From the human T2T-CHM13v2.0 reference genome, Homo sapiens: a stretch of 64,000 bases of DNA. The notes under the pieces were generated by a model. That model made no database searches and had not been told where the DNA came from. It saw only the letters and a program-made list of their open reading frames with translations. The translations under genes and the position numbers were made by a program. Positions 14,186-31,163 of the stretch are shown here, piece after piece. Location: the NCBI RefSeq assembly GCF_009914755.1, contig NC_060928.1; one strand, written 5' to 3'. Numbering within the stretch: position 1 is the first letter of the stretch; every line of letters begins with the position of its first letter.

Positions 14186-15049
14186 ATAAGGAATTAAATG
14201 CAATTAATTTTGCCATGCATGAAATTCTTTGGAAATGACTGTTTTCCTTGGTGACTCTATAGTGCTAAAATAATATTAGACTTAAGTGTTTTATAATGAT
14301 ATTGGGCTTATGTTGTTATTTTTTGTTTCGTAAAATGTGTAATTCAACTACTGTTTTTATTGTACCATGTGGATGCATTAAGTAGCCATGCTGACAGATG
14401 CAATAAAATGAGTAAAATAAACAAATATTTTGATTTTTTTTAGATATAAATTTAGCCTTTTTTTCACTGCAGTTTTCATACCACACATAAGTAATTTGGC
14501 AGATATTCTATTATTTATTGTTATTTCCTTAGGAAAAATTGGCATGTTGATGGCACAAATTAAAATTTGGATAATAATTAGGAGTAAATAAGATAATTCA
14601 ATTTGGTCTTGCCTACAATAAAGATATTCTCAATAGCTTAGGAATATAATGAATACCACTTTAAAATGCATTCCAAAAGAAAGAAGGAAAGGTACAATGT
14701 GTTTTAGCAGAAACTTACTTGTGTCCCTTTGGTTAGTGGCTGATACATAGCACAGAAATTAGAAGGTAAACAATTGCCAGATGAAAGGATTAAATTATAA
14801 CTAATAGCAAAAATTTTGAAGATAGATATAATTTGAATATTCTGAGAAACTGTTGATGTCAGATTCTCAGCTAAGGAAATTATCTGCTTTGAAGCTCTTC
14901 AGTTATATTATTAGCAGTCGGTTTATGTCTTTGTACATGAACACGTCTTCTTTTTCTCACATAGTTTATTTTACTTTAGTAAATCTGATGGGAAGCCTTA
15001 TGTCAGAATATGTAACAAACATTGATTCTTGTAGGCTAAACTTATTTTA

Positions 15050-15845
15050 TTAAAATTATGTTGCATATGCTTCTTATTAAGAATAAAGGTTTATTTAGAC
15101 TAGTTAGGACCTGCTTAACAAGAAAGACTTCGGCAGCCACCTTTAAGCCTGAAGCTTTAAAAATGCTGAGCAAAATTGTCAAAGCATAATTAAGGGTAGG
15201 GGAATTAAGTTCACTTTTCTCCCCTAAGTGTCTTTGCCAGAGACAGAAACTTCAACAATAGAGCTAAGTGGAAAAATGGAGCCATGTCAGTTACCACACC
15301 ATGCTAAAGACTGATTAGTCATAATTTTTGGTAATAATGCCCACAGGAATAAACCTGACAATGGTGTACTCTCTTGTTAGCATTAGCCCTTTTTTGTCCC
15401 CATTTTTCTTGCTCTTTCCCATGGGCCTGGTCACTTAGTGATATTAGTTTTAAAAGTTTCATTTCTCACCATTTCTGCTACTTTCTTGAATGTGGTGAGT
15501 CATGCAGAACAATTAACAAGCATTAATTGAGGTTCTCTTATGCATAAGATTTTATGTAAAGGTACTGGGGGCTGGGAATATTTTCTTATGACTATGGAAA
15601 GCTATGGGAATAGTGACACTGGTTGTATTTGCACACGGCCTGGAAAAGTGCAAAGTATTGGGAGTTGAGGAGAGACAAATGTCCTGAAATCTCAGCTGAA
15701 AGAGCAGAGGCCTTGTGCTAGACCCTGAGGGTACAGAAACTATACGTATTCGGTTATGTGTTGCCTGTATGATGAGGAAAAACTTAGACTCCATTTTACA
15801 GGAAGTAAGGTACCGGAAGTGGTCAAAAATTGAGCAAGTAATAAA
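15050..15845 (-). mobile_element. Possible old LTR, family unassigned
   Basis: Reverse-strand AATAAA near 15090, ETS/YY1-type motifs at the other end, composition distinct from the flanks; no consensus recognised. Confidence 0.3.
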
Positions 15846-16089
15846 ATGCAAAATGAAGAATATTTTCTACTTCTTGAGTTTGAATTCCACAGAATGAGTT
15901 TTGGACTTTATTTGAAATTTGTCAATTGCTAGAATATCAAGAGGCACTGATCAAATAAAAATTATTTTAAAAATGAATACTTCTTATATAATACACTATT
16001 GTTGGATACCTATATCTGCATATGCTCTAACTAGGATGAAAATTACCTATATTCATATTAAAATAATAGACTTTACAGATGATCTAGAC

Positions 16090-16403
16090 CAGGGGTCCAC
16101 AACCATCAGGCCACAGACCAATAGGAACCAGTCACAAAGCAGGAGATGACCGATGGGCAAGCAGGCATTACCACCTGAGCTCTGCCTCCAGTCAGATCAG
16201 TGGAGACATTAGATTCTCATATGAGTGCAAACCCTATTGTGAACTGCACGTACAAGGGATCTAGGTTGTGTGATCCTATGAGAATCTAACCTAATGCCTA
16301 GTGATCTGAGGTGGAATAGTTTCATCCTGAAACAAGTCCCCTATCCATGGAAAAATTGTCTTCCATGAAACCAATTGTTGGTGCCAAAAAGGTTGGACTA
16401 GTG
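16090..16403 (+). mobile_element. MER1B (hAT-Charlie MITE)
   Basis: caggggtccacaacc...cattagattctcat...ggtgccaaaaaggttgg; perfect 8-bp TSD atctagac at 16082-16089 and 16404-16411. Confidence 0.93.
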
Positions 16404-16491
16404 ATCTAGACTATCGTAAATATGTACTAAAAATTCATACATTTTATATATATTATATATATATATGTACTGCTATATCTTAAAAAGTTAT

Positions 16492-16979
16492 AGTTTATTA
16501 GTTTCATATTGCTGCTGTAACAAATGACCACAAACTAGGTGGCTTAAAACAGCACACATTTAGTATCTTAACAACTCTGGAAGTCAGAAGTCAGCAATGG
16601 GTCTCATGGAAAGAAAATCAATATGATGGCCTGGTCGAGTTCTTTCTGAAGGCTATAAGGGACAGTTTGTTTACTTACCTTTTGAACTTCTAGAAGCTGC
16701 CTGCATTACTGGGCTTTGTAGACCCCGTCTATCTTCAAAACCAGCAATGGCCTATCTCAAGTCTTCCTCATGCTGCATCTCTCTGATTCTGAGTCATCTT
16801 CTGTCTCCCATTTTTGACATTTAAGGAACTTTGTGATTCACTGGGTCCACCCAGATAGTCCAGGAAAATTCTATTACAAGGTTGGCTGATTAGTCACCTT
16901 AATTTCATCTGATTCTTTCATTCCCCTTTGCCATGGATATCTGTCGAATGGGGCGGGAAGCGTTATTCTGCCTGTCACA
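16492..16979 (-). mobile_element. MLT1D-like MaLR LTR
   Basis: ttgctgctgtaacaaatgaccacaaactaggtggcttaaaacagcacacattt...gggtccacccagatagtccagg...ttattctgcctgtcaca. Confidence 0.85.
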
Positions 16980-17119
16980 GTCAGTAATATCACACAAGTA
17001 AGATCAGGATTTTATTTCTTACCAAGTAACTTTTGTTCTGTCCATAAATATTGAGCTGCTTGTGTAAGTATTTGCAATGCACATCACTTTTCCCCCTCAG
17101 TGGTTGATTGTTATATTAA

Positions 17120-17491
<372 letters not shown>

Positions 17492-17504
17492 TCTTTTATC
17501 TTTG

Positions 17505-17810
17505 GTATATGTTTCCAACTCCTATGCCTAGAAAACTTGTACTTTCCATTTAGTGCCCAATTCAATGCCATCTCCTCTACAAGAATTCCTCCCTGAAGCC
17601 TCAAAGTAGTTTAATCAAACTTCTAATATGGAACCATAAAATTATATTGTAATTATGTTTATTTACAATTTCTTCCAATAGATGCAAATGTTCTTAAAGG
17701 CAGATATATTTTATATTCTTTATATTCCCTATTTCAGTTCCTAGTATAGAACCAGTACATAGTATACTGTTAATAGATGAATGAGTAAATTGTTAAATGA
17801 ATTAATGATG
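17505..17810 (+). mobile_element. L2 3' end fragment
   Basis: ttcctagtatagaaccagtacatagta...gatgaatgagtaaat; degenerate L2 tail. Confidence 0.5.
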
Positions 17811-18234
17811 AAAAAAATTCACTTAAGACCTCTCATTTCCTCTCAAATATTTTATCCTATCTTACAGTAGTGATTTAATAAAATATCCATTTAATAAAAT
17901 TAGCCATTGGGAACTTAAATAATACAACAAATCCTATCAAGCTATACACATAATATCAGCCTACCAAGTTTTCTATAACTTATCCTCTTTTTTCTCTACC
18001 AGTGTCAGCATAGCTCAGCCTATCCTAGGTCCGAATTCATTTTGAGACTCTAACTTGGTGTAGGGAATTCAGTGTCAGATTGTCTTTTTCTTTGTCAGGA
18101 TCTTGTCCTCCATTCTAAAAACCTGGCTGCTGCCTTAGCTGGTATTTATCTGATAATCAGTGTCTGAGATAACTGCATTTCTGTTAACTGCCTATTTGGG
18201 TTTATAAATATTATCTTTTTCAAGATCTTCCATA

Positions 18235-18455
18235 ACCAAGCACTGAAAGTTTTAGGTACTGAAAACTGTCTGTTTGCTTAGATTATTCATTCTTAATACA
18301 CCAGACTATTGTCTTACTTTACAGATAAGGAATTTGAAGCTTAGAATAGTTAAGTATCCTGACTGCAGGTTGCAATGCTGGTAAATGACCAAAATGGCAT
18401 TTCAACTCAGGTCCTTAAAATTCTGAAGACTGGTTTTAACTACTGTACTCTACTG
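18235..18455 (-). mobile_element. MIR fragment
   Basis: tttacagataaggaatttgaagcttagaatagttaagt...gctggtaaatg...atttcaactcaggtc. Confidence 0.65.
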
Positions 18456-19129
18456 TTTTAACTACTGTACTATTTTATTTTAAGCATTATTCTGACTATC
18501 CATTTGCTTGATATAACTGAGGAGTGGTAAAGATCAAAGTAGAGGAAGAGGCAGAGGTAGAGAGAAGAGAAAAGGAGGGTAAGGGAGGAGATGGGAGACA
18601 GAAAATAAAAAAAGAAAAGAAAAGAGAGAAAAACTATGAGAAAACATCCCACTATTAGGTTGGGCATGTATTGAGATCATAATCCTAACAAGGTTATGCA
18701 TTTCTTTTATTAACAAACTTAATAATTTCGAGCCATCTTTGCAGTTCTAGAATGAAAGTTACCTGAAATAATGGTCAGTTTTCCTAGATGCAGGCAAAAT
18801 AATTTGACTTAGTTTAAACAGAAAGGATTTTATTATAGAATATTTGATAGCTTACAAAATTTCTTGGAGGTCAGCAAATCAAAATTTCTTGGAAAGTCAG
18901 CAAACTATAGCAACAAAATACCAGACAAGATTTCTGCCTGGAGGGGATAAACTGCGGAGCTAGGCTGAGAGCAGAGAAAAAAAAAGAGAGGTGGAGGGGA
19001 AGGGATGGGGTTATGGAATTTTCAGTGTTTAGTATGCAGAGTTTAATTTAATCTACCTGTTTTCAGTAGGATATTCTCTTTCTCGGTTTTGCCTGATGTT
19101 TCTTCAATTTGGAGCTTATCTAATTTTCT

Positions 19130-19529
19130 TTTTTTTTTCTTTTTTTAAATTTTATTATTATACTTTAAGTTTTAGGGTACATATGCACGATGTGCAGGTT
19201 AGTTACATATGTATACATGTGACATGCTGGTGCGCTGCACCCAGTAACTCATCATCTAGCATTAGGTATATCTCCCAGTGCTATCCCTCCCCCCTCCCCC
19301 CACTCCACAACAGTCCCCAGAGTGTGATGTTCCCCTTCCTGTGTCCATGTGTTCTCATTGTTCAATTCCCACCTATGAGTGAGAATATGCCATGTTTGGT
19401 TTTTTGTTCTTGCAGTAGTTTACTGAGAATGATGATTTCCAATTTCATCCATGTCCCTACAAAGACATGAACTCATCATTTTTTTATGGCTGCATAGTAT
19501 TCCATGGTGTATATGTGCCACATTTTCTT
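19130..19529 (-). mobile_element. Outer young L1 (L1PA2/3-like), 3' UTR and poly(A) portion
   Basis: poly-T then ttattatactttaagttttagggtac...gtgtgatgttccccttcctgtgtccatgtgttctcattg; interrupted at ccacattttctt. Confidence 0.95.
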
Positions 19530-22130
<2,601 letters not shown>

Positions 22131-23554
22131 GATATAGAGATATTTAGTATTAATGTTCATTTTTAAAGAATTTTGAAGAACAATTCTATGCCAAAACCAA
22201 GCTGAATACTGTACACATGATCATAAAACATAGTAAACAGTATACATTCAATTTTATATGAATATTGGTAAATGGTGTCTGTATCTTTGTAGAAAGGACC
22301 AAATTGCAGTTAGCATTATGAATTTTCATTTAACTTTTTAATTTTCTTGTTACATAGACACTAGTCATTAAGTGTTTAAGAAGAGATCTGATTAAATAAA
22401 TTGGAATTATCTTTTCTTTGAAATATATCTTAATTAAACCCTGTCTATTATGAAAATATCAGAACTTTATTAGTAATCATTTCTATATTATGCTGAAAAT
22501 AACTTTTTTTAACTCTGCTTAATTTATTTCATGAAAAGATTTAACGAAAGGTTCAGTGAAGTTTTGCAAAAATTGGTGCATAAACTCAGATATGTAAAGA
22601 TTCACATATTCTAAAGTTTTCTCCTACAGCCAAATATAAACTACACATATAAAAAAGTAAGACATTGCCATAAGCCCCATGGTTTAATAACGTTGCTCCA
22701 CAGTCTTATGAGTTTGTTTTAAAGCTTTAGTCAAAAAATACAGGATGAGATTTGTTAATATACACAAAATTTAGCTTTTCAATGTGTTCATGTTGAGTAA
22801 TTAGGTTATGTGCTACATAAATTAATACATTTTTATGTGGTAAAAACAGCGTAAGTGGTAACAGCTGCCTCTAAAGTATCTTTGTGCTTATTCAGATTTA
22901 AATTACCTGTTGATTTGAGTAAGTAATTATAATTTTGTCCTAACACTGTGTAACATATGGTGTTTACATTCTTCTCAAGAGCTCCTTGAGGGAAAAAAAG
23001 TACACAGAAACATCAATATAAATAGTGATTTAAGAAACCAATGAAAAATATTTACAAAGATTAATTGTAGTTAATAGGATATTAAATAGTTGTTAAAGCA
23101 TTTGAATTTGTCTTATTGGATTATTGACTTATGATATTATTTTCTATTGTTTGCTTGGTGTTGACGTTGTTACATAACATATTCATTTTGAGAAATCTGT
23201 TTTCCAAATGGAAGTTTATTCTTTTATTATCGTAGAATTCATTTTAAGCTATGTGTTCCTTTTTCTTAACAACAAAGCATTATTTTACATCTGTGTTTAT
23301 ATTTTAGACTTAGCATATAAGATATTGATAACCTAGCAGACTTTTTAAAAATTAAAAAGTATAGGATATAAGATTTGTTTTAAAACCTTTTAAGTTATAA
23401 GTCTATTAAAATTTCTAATATATTTAGGTATAATTTTAGAATGGACCATGTTCCAAATATTTGCTCAAAAAATTATTTGTTTAGAATGTTGTCCCTGCTA
23501 AGCCACAAAGTGCCCTTGAACATGTGGTTTATCTAAAAGGTAGCTATATTACAA

Positions 23555-23787
23555 GCTTTAATTTATTGAGCACTTCCAATGCGCTAGACACATTTTAATT
23601 TGTTTTACATATGCTTTTCTGAGGAAAACTTTACAGCGACTCCATGAGTTAAGCTAGGCATTTTCAACCTCATTTCCTATGAGGAGAAACAGACTCAAAT
23701 ACTTTAATACCTCTGATATGCCTCCAATAAATGGCAGAACCAAAATGATTTCAAAACTCATGCCTGTAAGTACTATGCTATGCTACT
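23555..23787 (-). mobile_element. MIR fragment
   Basis: atttattgagcacttc...atgaggagaaacagactcaa...aataaatggcagaacc...tactatgctatgctac. Confidence 0.6.
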
Positions 23788-24149
23788 TCTCTAATAGAAT
23801 ATATATAGTTCTTTTACAATTGCAGGGAACCTTTCTGTTTGTGTGGAATAATTCATTACATATTTTGCCTTGGCATATAAGAAACACTGTATTTTGAATT
23901 CACAGGAGGGGAGTCTTTCTAGGTTACTTCCAAGGGCTTAGGTAATTTGGGCCTGAGTCATGTAATAACCTACATTTGAATCAGCTATGTAGGTAATATT
24001 TACAATTTTATTATTACAAATTTTGGTGCTCTAATTTTCAGTTTGTCATTTTCCAAATAGTGGGGGCAGTTTTCTTCCTAGGAGGTGAAAGCGTTCGAGT
24101 TTGATCTGGAGTGATGTGAACCAATGTGTAAATTTGTATTTCCCTTCAT

Positions 24150-25775
24150 CTCACATCTTCCCCCTACAGCCTCTTCTCCAGATATACTCATTTCCTGGGT
24201 GATTTCATGCCATCTATTGACAGATGCCTTTCAATTATTTATCTCCATCTCAGGTTTCTCTAAGTTTCAGATTCATATATTCAATTGCCTACTCAGTATT
24301 TCCACATGGATGGCTACCAGGAATCTCCAAATTGATAAAAACCATTCAAAACATTTGATTCTCATCCCATAATACCTACTTTGCTATTTTAAGTTTATTT
24401 CTATCCAAGTCTCCAAATCCCTTTTCCAATCTCAATAAATATTTTCATTTACCATTTCATCATATAAAAATGAAAAATAATTTTTTCCTCAATTATAAGT
24501 TCTTAGTTGGACCAAAAGGCAGATTAACAAGAGAAACATAGTGTATTAACATGTGCACTGCACATGATGTGAGAGAAACCTCAACAAAGCAGTGGCTTAG
24601 AACTTCTGGCTTATATAGCATCTTCAACAAAGAACAGTAAATTTATAGAGAAATTACAGAACAGAGGAAAGAGGTTTTAGTTTTAGGAGAAAACTAATGG
24701 TGTAAGGATCCTTTGTAGATTCCCCTGTTGCCTCTCTAAGCTGATAAGCATCAGAATTGTCTCTGGTGAAGGAGAATGCATATCCTGCCTTTAGGCAGAA
24801 AAAAACAGAAGGTATGGAGAGCTTTCCCCTCATTTGCTTCTCCTTTAATGTCCTTCAGGTAAAAATAAATTTTATGTCAAAGAGGCAATTTTGGGGTGAC
24901 ATTTTGGTTTCCTTCAGTTGCTCAAGCCAAAAATAAGAGAGAGAGAGGAAAAAGAATAGAAATTCATACTTGATTTTTCATACTCTTTCTCACACCCATT
25001 CTGTGAGCAATTCTGTGAGCTCTGTGTTGAGAATATATAAATATATTCCAAATCTGTCTGTTTCTTCCACGTACACTATTATCAGTATCATTTCTCACCT
25101 AGACTACTGCAGTGGTTTCTTTGTTCCCACTCTTGTCTCCCCTGTAATTCCATTTCCCACATGGGAGCCAGAGTGATCTTTTAAAAAAATAAATTGGATT
25201 GTGTCATTCCCTTGCTTAAAACACTCCAGTGCCTTCATATCAAACGCAAGATTAAAGTGAAACTGCTTTCTAAGGCCTTACATGTTCTACCCCATGGCAG
25301 CTTTTCCAATCTCATCTCTGATTTATCTTGCAAGTCTTTTCTAGATCTGGCAATGCTGGCCTTCATGTTGTTCCTCAAACATAGTAAGTTCTCTCCTTCA
25401 TCAGGATAGTCATACTAATGTTTTCTTCCGTCTGTATCATCCTGTCTTCACATTACCATATAGCTCATTCTATCACTGTATTTAAGAATTTGAAATCATA
25501 TCAGCTAATCAAAGGAGACTTCCCTAACTGCCCTTCTAAAATAGCTGCCATATTCAGGTTCATTTTCTGTTTTGTTTTTCTTCATGGCACTTATTATTTT
25601 TCATAGCACAAACCCCTTGTGACCTGACATTACATTGTATGCATGTGTTTAAAATCAGTTTTGCTCAGTAAAATGGAAGCTTAGCATGGGCAGGGACTTA
25701 TTCATCAATGTATCTTTAGCTCATGCAGCAATGACTGGCACAGAAAACCTGTTTAATAAATATTTTTGCTAAAAA
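24150..25775 (+). mobile_element. L2 3' region, interrupted by an LTR
   Basis: attcaattgcctactcagtatttccacatggatg; tctcacctagactactgcag; gccagagtgatcttttaaaa; tail aataaatattttt. Confidence 0.75.
24460..24916 (-). mobile_element. ERV1-type LTR (MER31/MER67-like)
   Basis: gcagattaacaagagaaa...tatcctgcctttaggcagaa...aaaataaattttatgtcaaagaggcaattttggggtgacattttggtttccttca. Confidence 0.65.
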
Positions 25776-26244
25776 AATTATTTCATGTTGTATTTTATTT
25801 TAACATATACGTTTATGTATATATAATCTACTAATTTACCTGAGTGTGTATGTGTGAGCATATATATCTATGCAGAGAGGTGGGGATTTATTAGGAGTAT
25901 ATTAATAAAAATGAAAATATGCTATTCTGTGATGATACTCAGTTATCTGGTCAAAACATCCTTTGGTTGGTAATGGATTTATTCTGATCTGGTCCCTGTC
26001 TTCATCCAGTTTACACAGGTTGCATATAATTAGCCAGACAATTTTGTGTCATTCAAGATACAACCTGGTTCAGAAAAAAGAATCTTGAATTGTACCTTAA
26101 TGCAACCCATTACAGTGAGGTTACAGTGTCACTCACCTCGGAAACAGTGTCCTCTTGTATATACCCATTTCTTCCCTTAACTACATCAAATCTTTTTTCT
26201 GACTTGAACATTTTGCTAGCATTTTTAGTACTTTGTTTTAGTAG

Positions 26245-26765
26245 AAATAGCATTCAGCTGCAAAAATAAGACAAAGAAAACAAAAACAGAAAATAACAGT
26301 ATCTTAAACCCTATTGAATTTAATCTTACACATAAAACTTGGTCTGAAGGTAGGCAGTCTGGAGAGCATAGGGCTGCTCCTGGAAGTTGTCTGGGACCCT
26401 GAGTCCTATTAACATTCTGCTCCCCTTTCCTCATCTCCAGCTTCTGAATTAAAGACCCCATTATAATCTAATACAGCTATTGGAGTTCCTGCCATCACAT
26501 CAGTGTTCCAGATAGTAGTTGGGAGGAAATGGGGAAGGAGAAAAAAACCATACTTGCTAGCTGAGTTAGCTTCATATAAGGAGCTACTCTGGAAACCCCA
26601 CATAACACGTTTGCTTATGTCACACTGGCCAAACTTCACTGCAAATAAGCCTAGAAAATATAGTGTGTTAATTGGATACTTTGCTACTCCAAATAACATC
26701 AGGATGGTATAACTGAGGAACAAGAGGGGGTGCATATTGATAGACAAGTAAGAGTCAGTGCCAGA
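26245..26765 (-). mobile_element. Old MaLR LTR (MLT1J-like)
   Basis: tctgaaggtaggcagtctgg...ttcctgccatcacatcagtgttccag...cactggccaaact...ctgcaaataagcctagaaaatatag. Confidence 0.6.
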
Positions 26766-27436
26766 TATATGTGTTTTTTGTGGAACTTATTCTACTGTTG
26801 CTATAGTTATTGGCATAAGTTTATTTTCCCATATTTCCATTACAGCTCCCACTCTCATACATCACATTATTCTCATCTCTCTGTACCTGCCATCCCATCT
26901 AGCAGTGTCTTTTAACCAATAGTTAGTCAGTAAATACTTGCTAAATTTGGATTTAAATGACTCAAACCCATTAGCTTGTTTCATTAGCACTTTATTCTGG
27001 CAGATGATAAAATGCTGAAGAAGCCTTGTCTCTTGTGTCCTCTGCACTTCTACAGATATTTTAAAAACAAGAAAAATGAACGTATTCTGTTTAATACTGT
27101 ATTTTTAGATAACAAATGGACAAATTGCATACTTAACTTTGAATGAAAACCCAATTGAGTTATCAGTGGATTTGAAAGAGAAGTATTATCAATGCAAAAC
27201 ACTGTATACTGTGATTTGTATTAAATAAACAAAAACTTGAAACTTCTGAAGGAATTTGTGAATGAAAGGACATTAGTTACCTTATGAAGTTAAGCACGGG
27301 GAAATATCTAATGATCCTTGCTCCTTCAGCTAAATTATATGCAATAAGGAATTTACACTTCTAAAGTATATTTCCTGTTTTACTCAAAACATGTTTTCAT
27401 TTTACCTAAAAACCTAGCTTTTAAAATGCATAAGAA

Positions 27437-27748
27437 GGCCAGCCACAGTCGCTCAGGCCTGTAATCCCAGCACTTTGGGAGGCCAAGAGGGGGTGGATCA
27501 GTTGAAGTCAGAAGTTTGAGACCAGCCTGGTGAACATGGTGAAACCTTTTCTGTACTAAAAATATAAAACGCTAGCCAGGCGTGGTGGCAGGCACCTGTA
27601 ATCCCAGCTTCTCAGGAGGCTGAAGCAGGAGAATTGCTTGAATCCGGGAGACAGAGATTGCAGTGAGCTGAGACCGTTCTACTGCACTCCAGACTGGGTG
27701 ACAGAGCGAGACTCTGTCTCAAAAAAACAAATTAATAAGTAAAATAAA
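27437..27748 (+). mobile_element. AluS (Sx/Sz-like)
   Basis: Dimeric Alu with gaagtttgagaccagcctggtgaacatggtgaaacc and gagaattgcttgaa. Confidence 0.92.
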
Positions 27749-28628
27749 GCATGTAAGAAAACATTTAATAGAAAATTGTTTACTCTCTTTCCAAATTCTA
27801 AATATCATCTCTATGGTTTGTATAACTTTGTAGTAAGTTTCATAAACATAACTTTCCTCTCCATATTCAACTCTTAATGCAAAAATAATACAAACAACTT
27901 TTCAACATTTTTAGGAATGTTTCTTGAGGAATCATTCCTAAAAATCAAAATAGCCTATTTAAGTTTTTAAATTGAAGTTAGCCAGTAAGAAAGTCTTTCT
28001 TCGGGGTCTTAGTTTCTAAGCTCACTATAGATTTGTGTTTTATGACAATATATAATATGTCTGATTATTACTGACAGCCTTGTGTCATATGCCAAATAGC
28101 CTCTAATTTTAATTTTGATATATTTGTGACACACACCTATCAATTCTCTTACAATTTTTTAGAAGACTTGGCAAGATATAAAAATTATATTCCTAGTTCT
28201 TGTTATGACAAATTGTGAATTACCAGGAGACAAGAACCGTATACATATACTTTACTGCATCTTCTAAAATATCTAGCTAAGTGCCTTGCATATTTTAGAT
28301 TTTTATTAAGTACTTATTGAACAAAGTATTTCTTAAGTTTCATGAAGTACTTCTTGAAAGTATAGCAGAATGTTAGGTTAAAATAATGAGATAAGGAACA
28401 CAGAGGAGGCTTATGTGTACTTTATTCCACTGATATGAATATATTAAACTAAAAATAAATTTATGAAAACTTAGATTTAACCTAGATTAGAACTTTAATT
28501 AATTTGGAAGTAACTTTTCTTTGCTCCCTCATCATAAAAAATTATTTTCCTTTATATAAGAACATTTATCATGGTTTCTTTTTATTTGTCTCACTTTTGA
28601 AATGGAATTGGATAAGAGATTCGCAAAT

Positions 28629-29057
28629 GACAAAGTTAGAACAAATTCAGTTTAGAGATCTTCATTGGCTTTTGTTTATGATTCTGGAATGAGGCAAAAC
28701 CCCATTCTATAAAATAGAGTAGGTGTTCCAATTAGCTGAGAAAAGGAGTTTGGTTGTATAGACAGCAAAGGGAAAGCAGAAACAGAAACCAAAAAGCAGA
28801 TTGGCTGTTTCAAAGTTACTGTCCTTTTAAAGGTTAAAGCAGATGGAACTCCCGTATCATTCAGGTTAAAACTGGCTTGCTTGGGATTTGGCTATTATAT
28901 CTCTCAATCTTCTGATTTATAAGGTCAGATAAACAACTTAATTTCAGGTTGGTGTCATGGAACTTTAGCATGAGTGACTTCATTTTGGTTTGGTCTATTG
29001 GGCCTAGTACAGGAGCTTAGTCCAAAGCAATGGCCTCCTATAAAGTTTATTTAACAA
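28629..29057 (-). mobile_element. ERV1-type LTR (MER57E/LTR54-like)
   Basis: agcatgagtgacttcattttggtttggtctattgggcctagtacaggagcttagtccaaagcaatggcctcctataaagtttatttaaca terminus. Confidence 0.6.
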
Positions 29058-29409
29058 GGTAATGAGACCCTGGTTCTACGTAGTGCTCCAGAATCATGGG
29101 CACTTAATCCATTCAACCAAGGAAGCAGACAAGTGCCAGAAATGGCTGAAGAGTCCACATCAAGTTCCTAATCAGGGAGCTAGCTGCAAGGTAGAATCCA
29201 GGAACAAACAAGAGACTAGCTGCTGGTGCTTCAAACTCAGTTTTAACAGTAGGGAAGTAAGCCAAGGAGCACATCAAAGAGACTGTGGAGTTTTTTCTTT
29301 TAAATCTCAATATTTACTTTTACATTTAAATGTGATTTAATGGATGATGTAAAAATGTAAAGTAGGCAAAGCTCAAAGTGGGGACTGAAGACAACCAGCT
29401 GTACAATAG

Positions 29410-29711
<302 letters not shown>

Positions 29712-30960
29712 TAGTCCTTGTTTCTTACATCAAGAACCAGACCCTATGCTCCTATTAAGAAGAAAATAACTGAATTATATTTTTGTATTAAAAATAATAG
29801 AGATGTGAAATTAATGTGTGTCTTTTATCTTTGATATTGCTAATGGGGGAAATAACAGTAATTTAAAACAGTTTTTTTGAATAAAAAACTTAAGACATAT
29901 ATTTGGGGAAAAATAAAATGTTTATGATTCAATATATATAAATATCCAAATACATAAATACATGATAGGTGATCATTTCTTTGGGAAAAAAAGACAAGCA
30001 GATTAAATTTCTTAAATATAATTCAGATAGTAGTTTTGAAATTTACTGTTCATCTCATACTTAATTTTATTATTTCTGAAATAAGAAATTAGTGTTACCA
30101 TGATGCCAAATCAGGTGTTATTTTTAAGTGTTTTTTCCAACATGCACTCAATGATGTTATATAATTATGTTCAGATCAACAGATATATACCCAGTCCCTC
30201 TAACCATAGGCTATTGTGTGTGATTCTGCAAAGAATGATAAAATGAGAAAGATATAGCTACTGTTCTTGAGGATATTAAAATATAGTATGTTGAATAGAA
30301 AAATAACACAAAAATAGTGTAGTAGGATGGTTAAAATAGCAAACTGACAGAAGTTTGTATATCTCATGGTGATGGCTAAAGGGGATAATCTGTCTAAGGG
30401 GAGAAGGGATTTAATAATATTTCATGCTATTGTATTTGAATTTTTCCCATTCTGTTATGTTCTTTTAGTAACACCCTATACACTCCTTCCAGTCTGTTTT
30501 CTCTAAACCTCCCTTTTGTCTTCTTACTGGAACATCTTGCACCTCCTTCTAAGCCATCCATATGACCTTTAGTCATCCTAAATTCAAAGATCCATTATTA
30601 AATTCTCTTAGCCGTATTTCTAGACACCAACGCTTCCTCCCAAGTAGTAGATATCTTTCTTTTATGTTAATCCTCTGTAACCCTCCAAATAAGCTCAATT
30701 ATGACACAGCATTGGAATGATTTCTTATGTGTTTCTCTAATAGACTGTAATTAATCTGAAGGCAAGAATGACGTTTTATTTATCTCTGAATCTGATTTTT
30801 CAATAAATCTCACCAAATGGAGAGGATAACTAGAAAATTGAGTTCTTTAAAGATATTGGGAATAGGACAAAATGCTACCTCAGTAAAAGTGACTTAATTT
30901 TATAAATAAAACGGGATTAAGAAGGAGATGAAATAGTCTCAGAAGCAAAATAGTCAGAAC

Positions 30961-31163
30961 CAGAATTGTGCTGGTAAACATTTAATAGTAAATCTTTGCA
31001 AAGGAAACAAACAAACAAAATGATTTGTAGACTTTGTAAATTTCTATGTTGTTATTGTTGCACCATGGCCAATTTCAAGCTACCAAGTCATGTCTCTGAA
31101 CTTGGAGTTGGGAAAAGATGAGCCCAATCAGCTCTTGTAAGCTAGTGCAAGGCAACTCCAGTG
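30961..31163. mobile_element. MER63A (hAT MITE)
   Basis: tgtgctggtaaacatttaa...tgatttgtag...caccatggccaatttcaagctaccaa...ggagttgggaaaagatg. Confidence 0.8.

Noticed and set aside
27130-27270. Possible hAT/Charlie transposase remnant (LNENPIELSVDLKE)
   Set aside because: Too short and degenerate to support without a profile search
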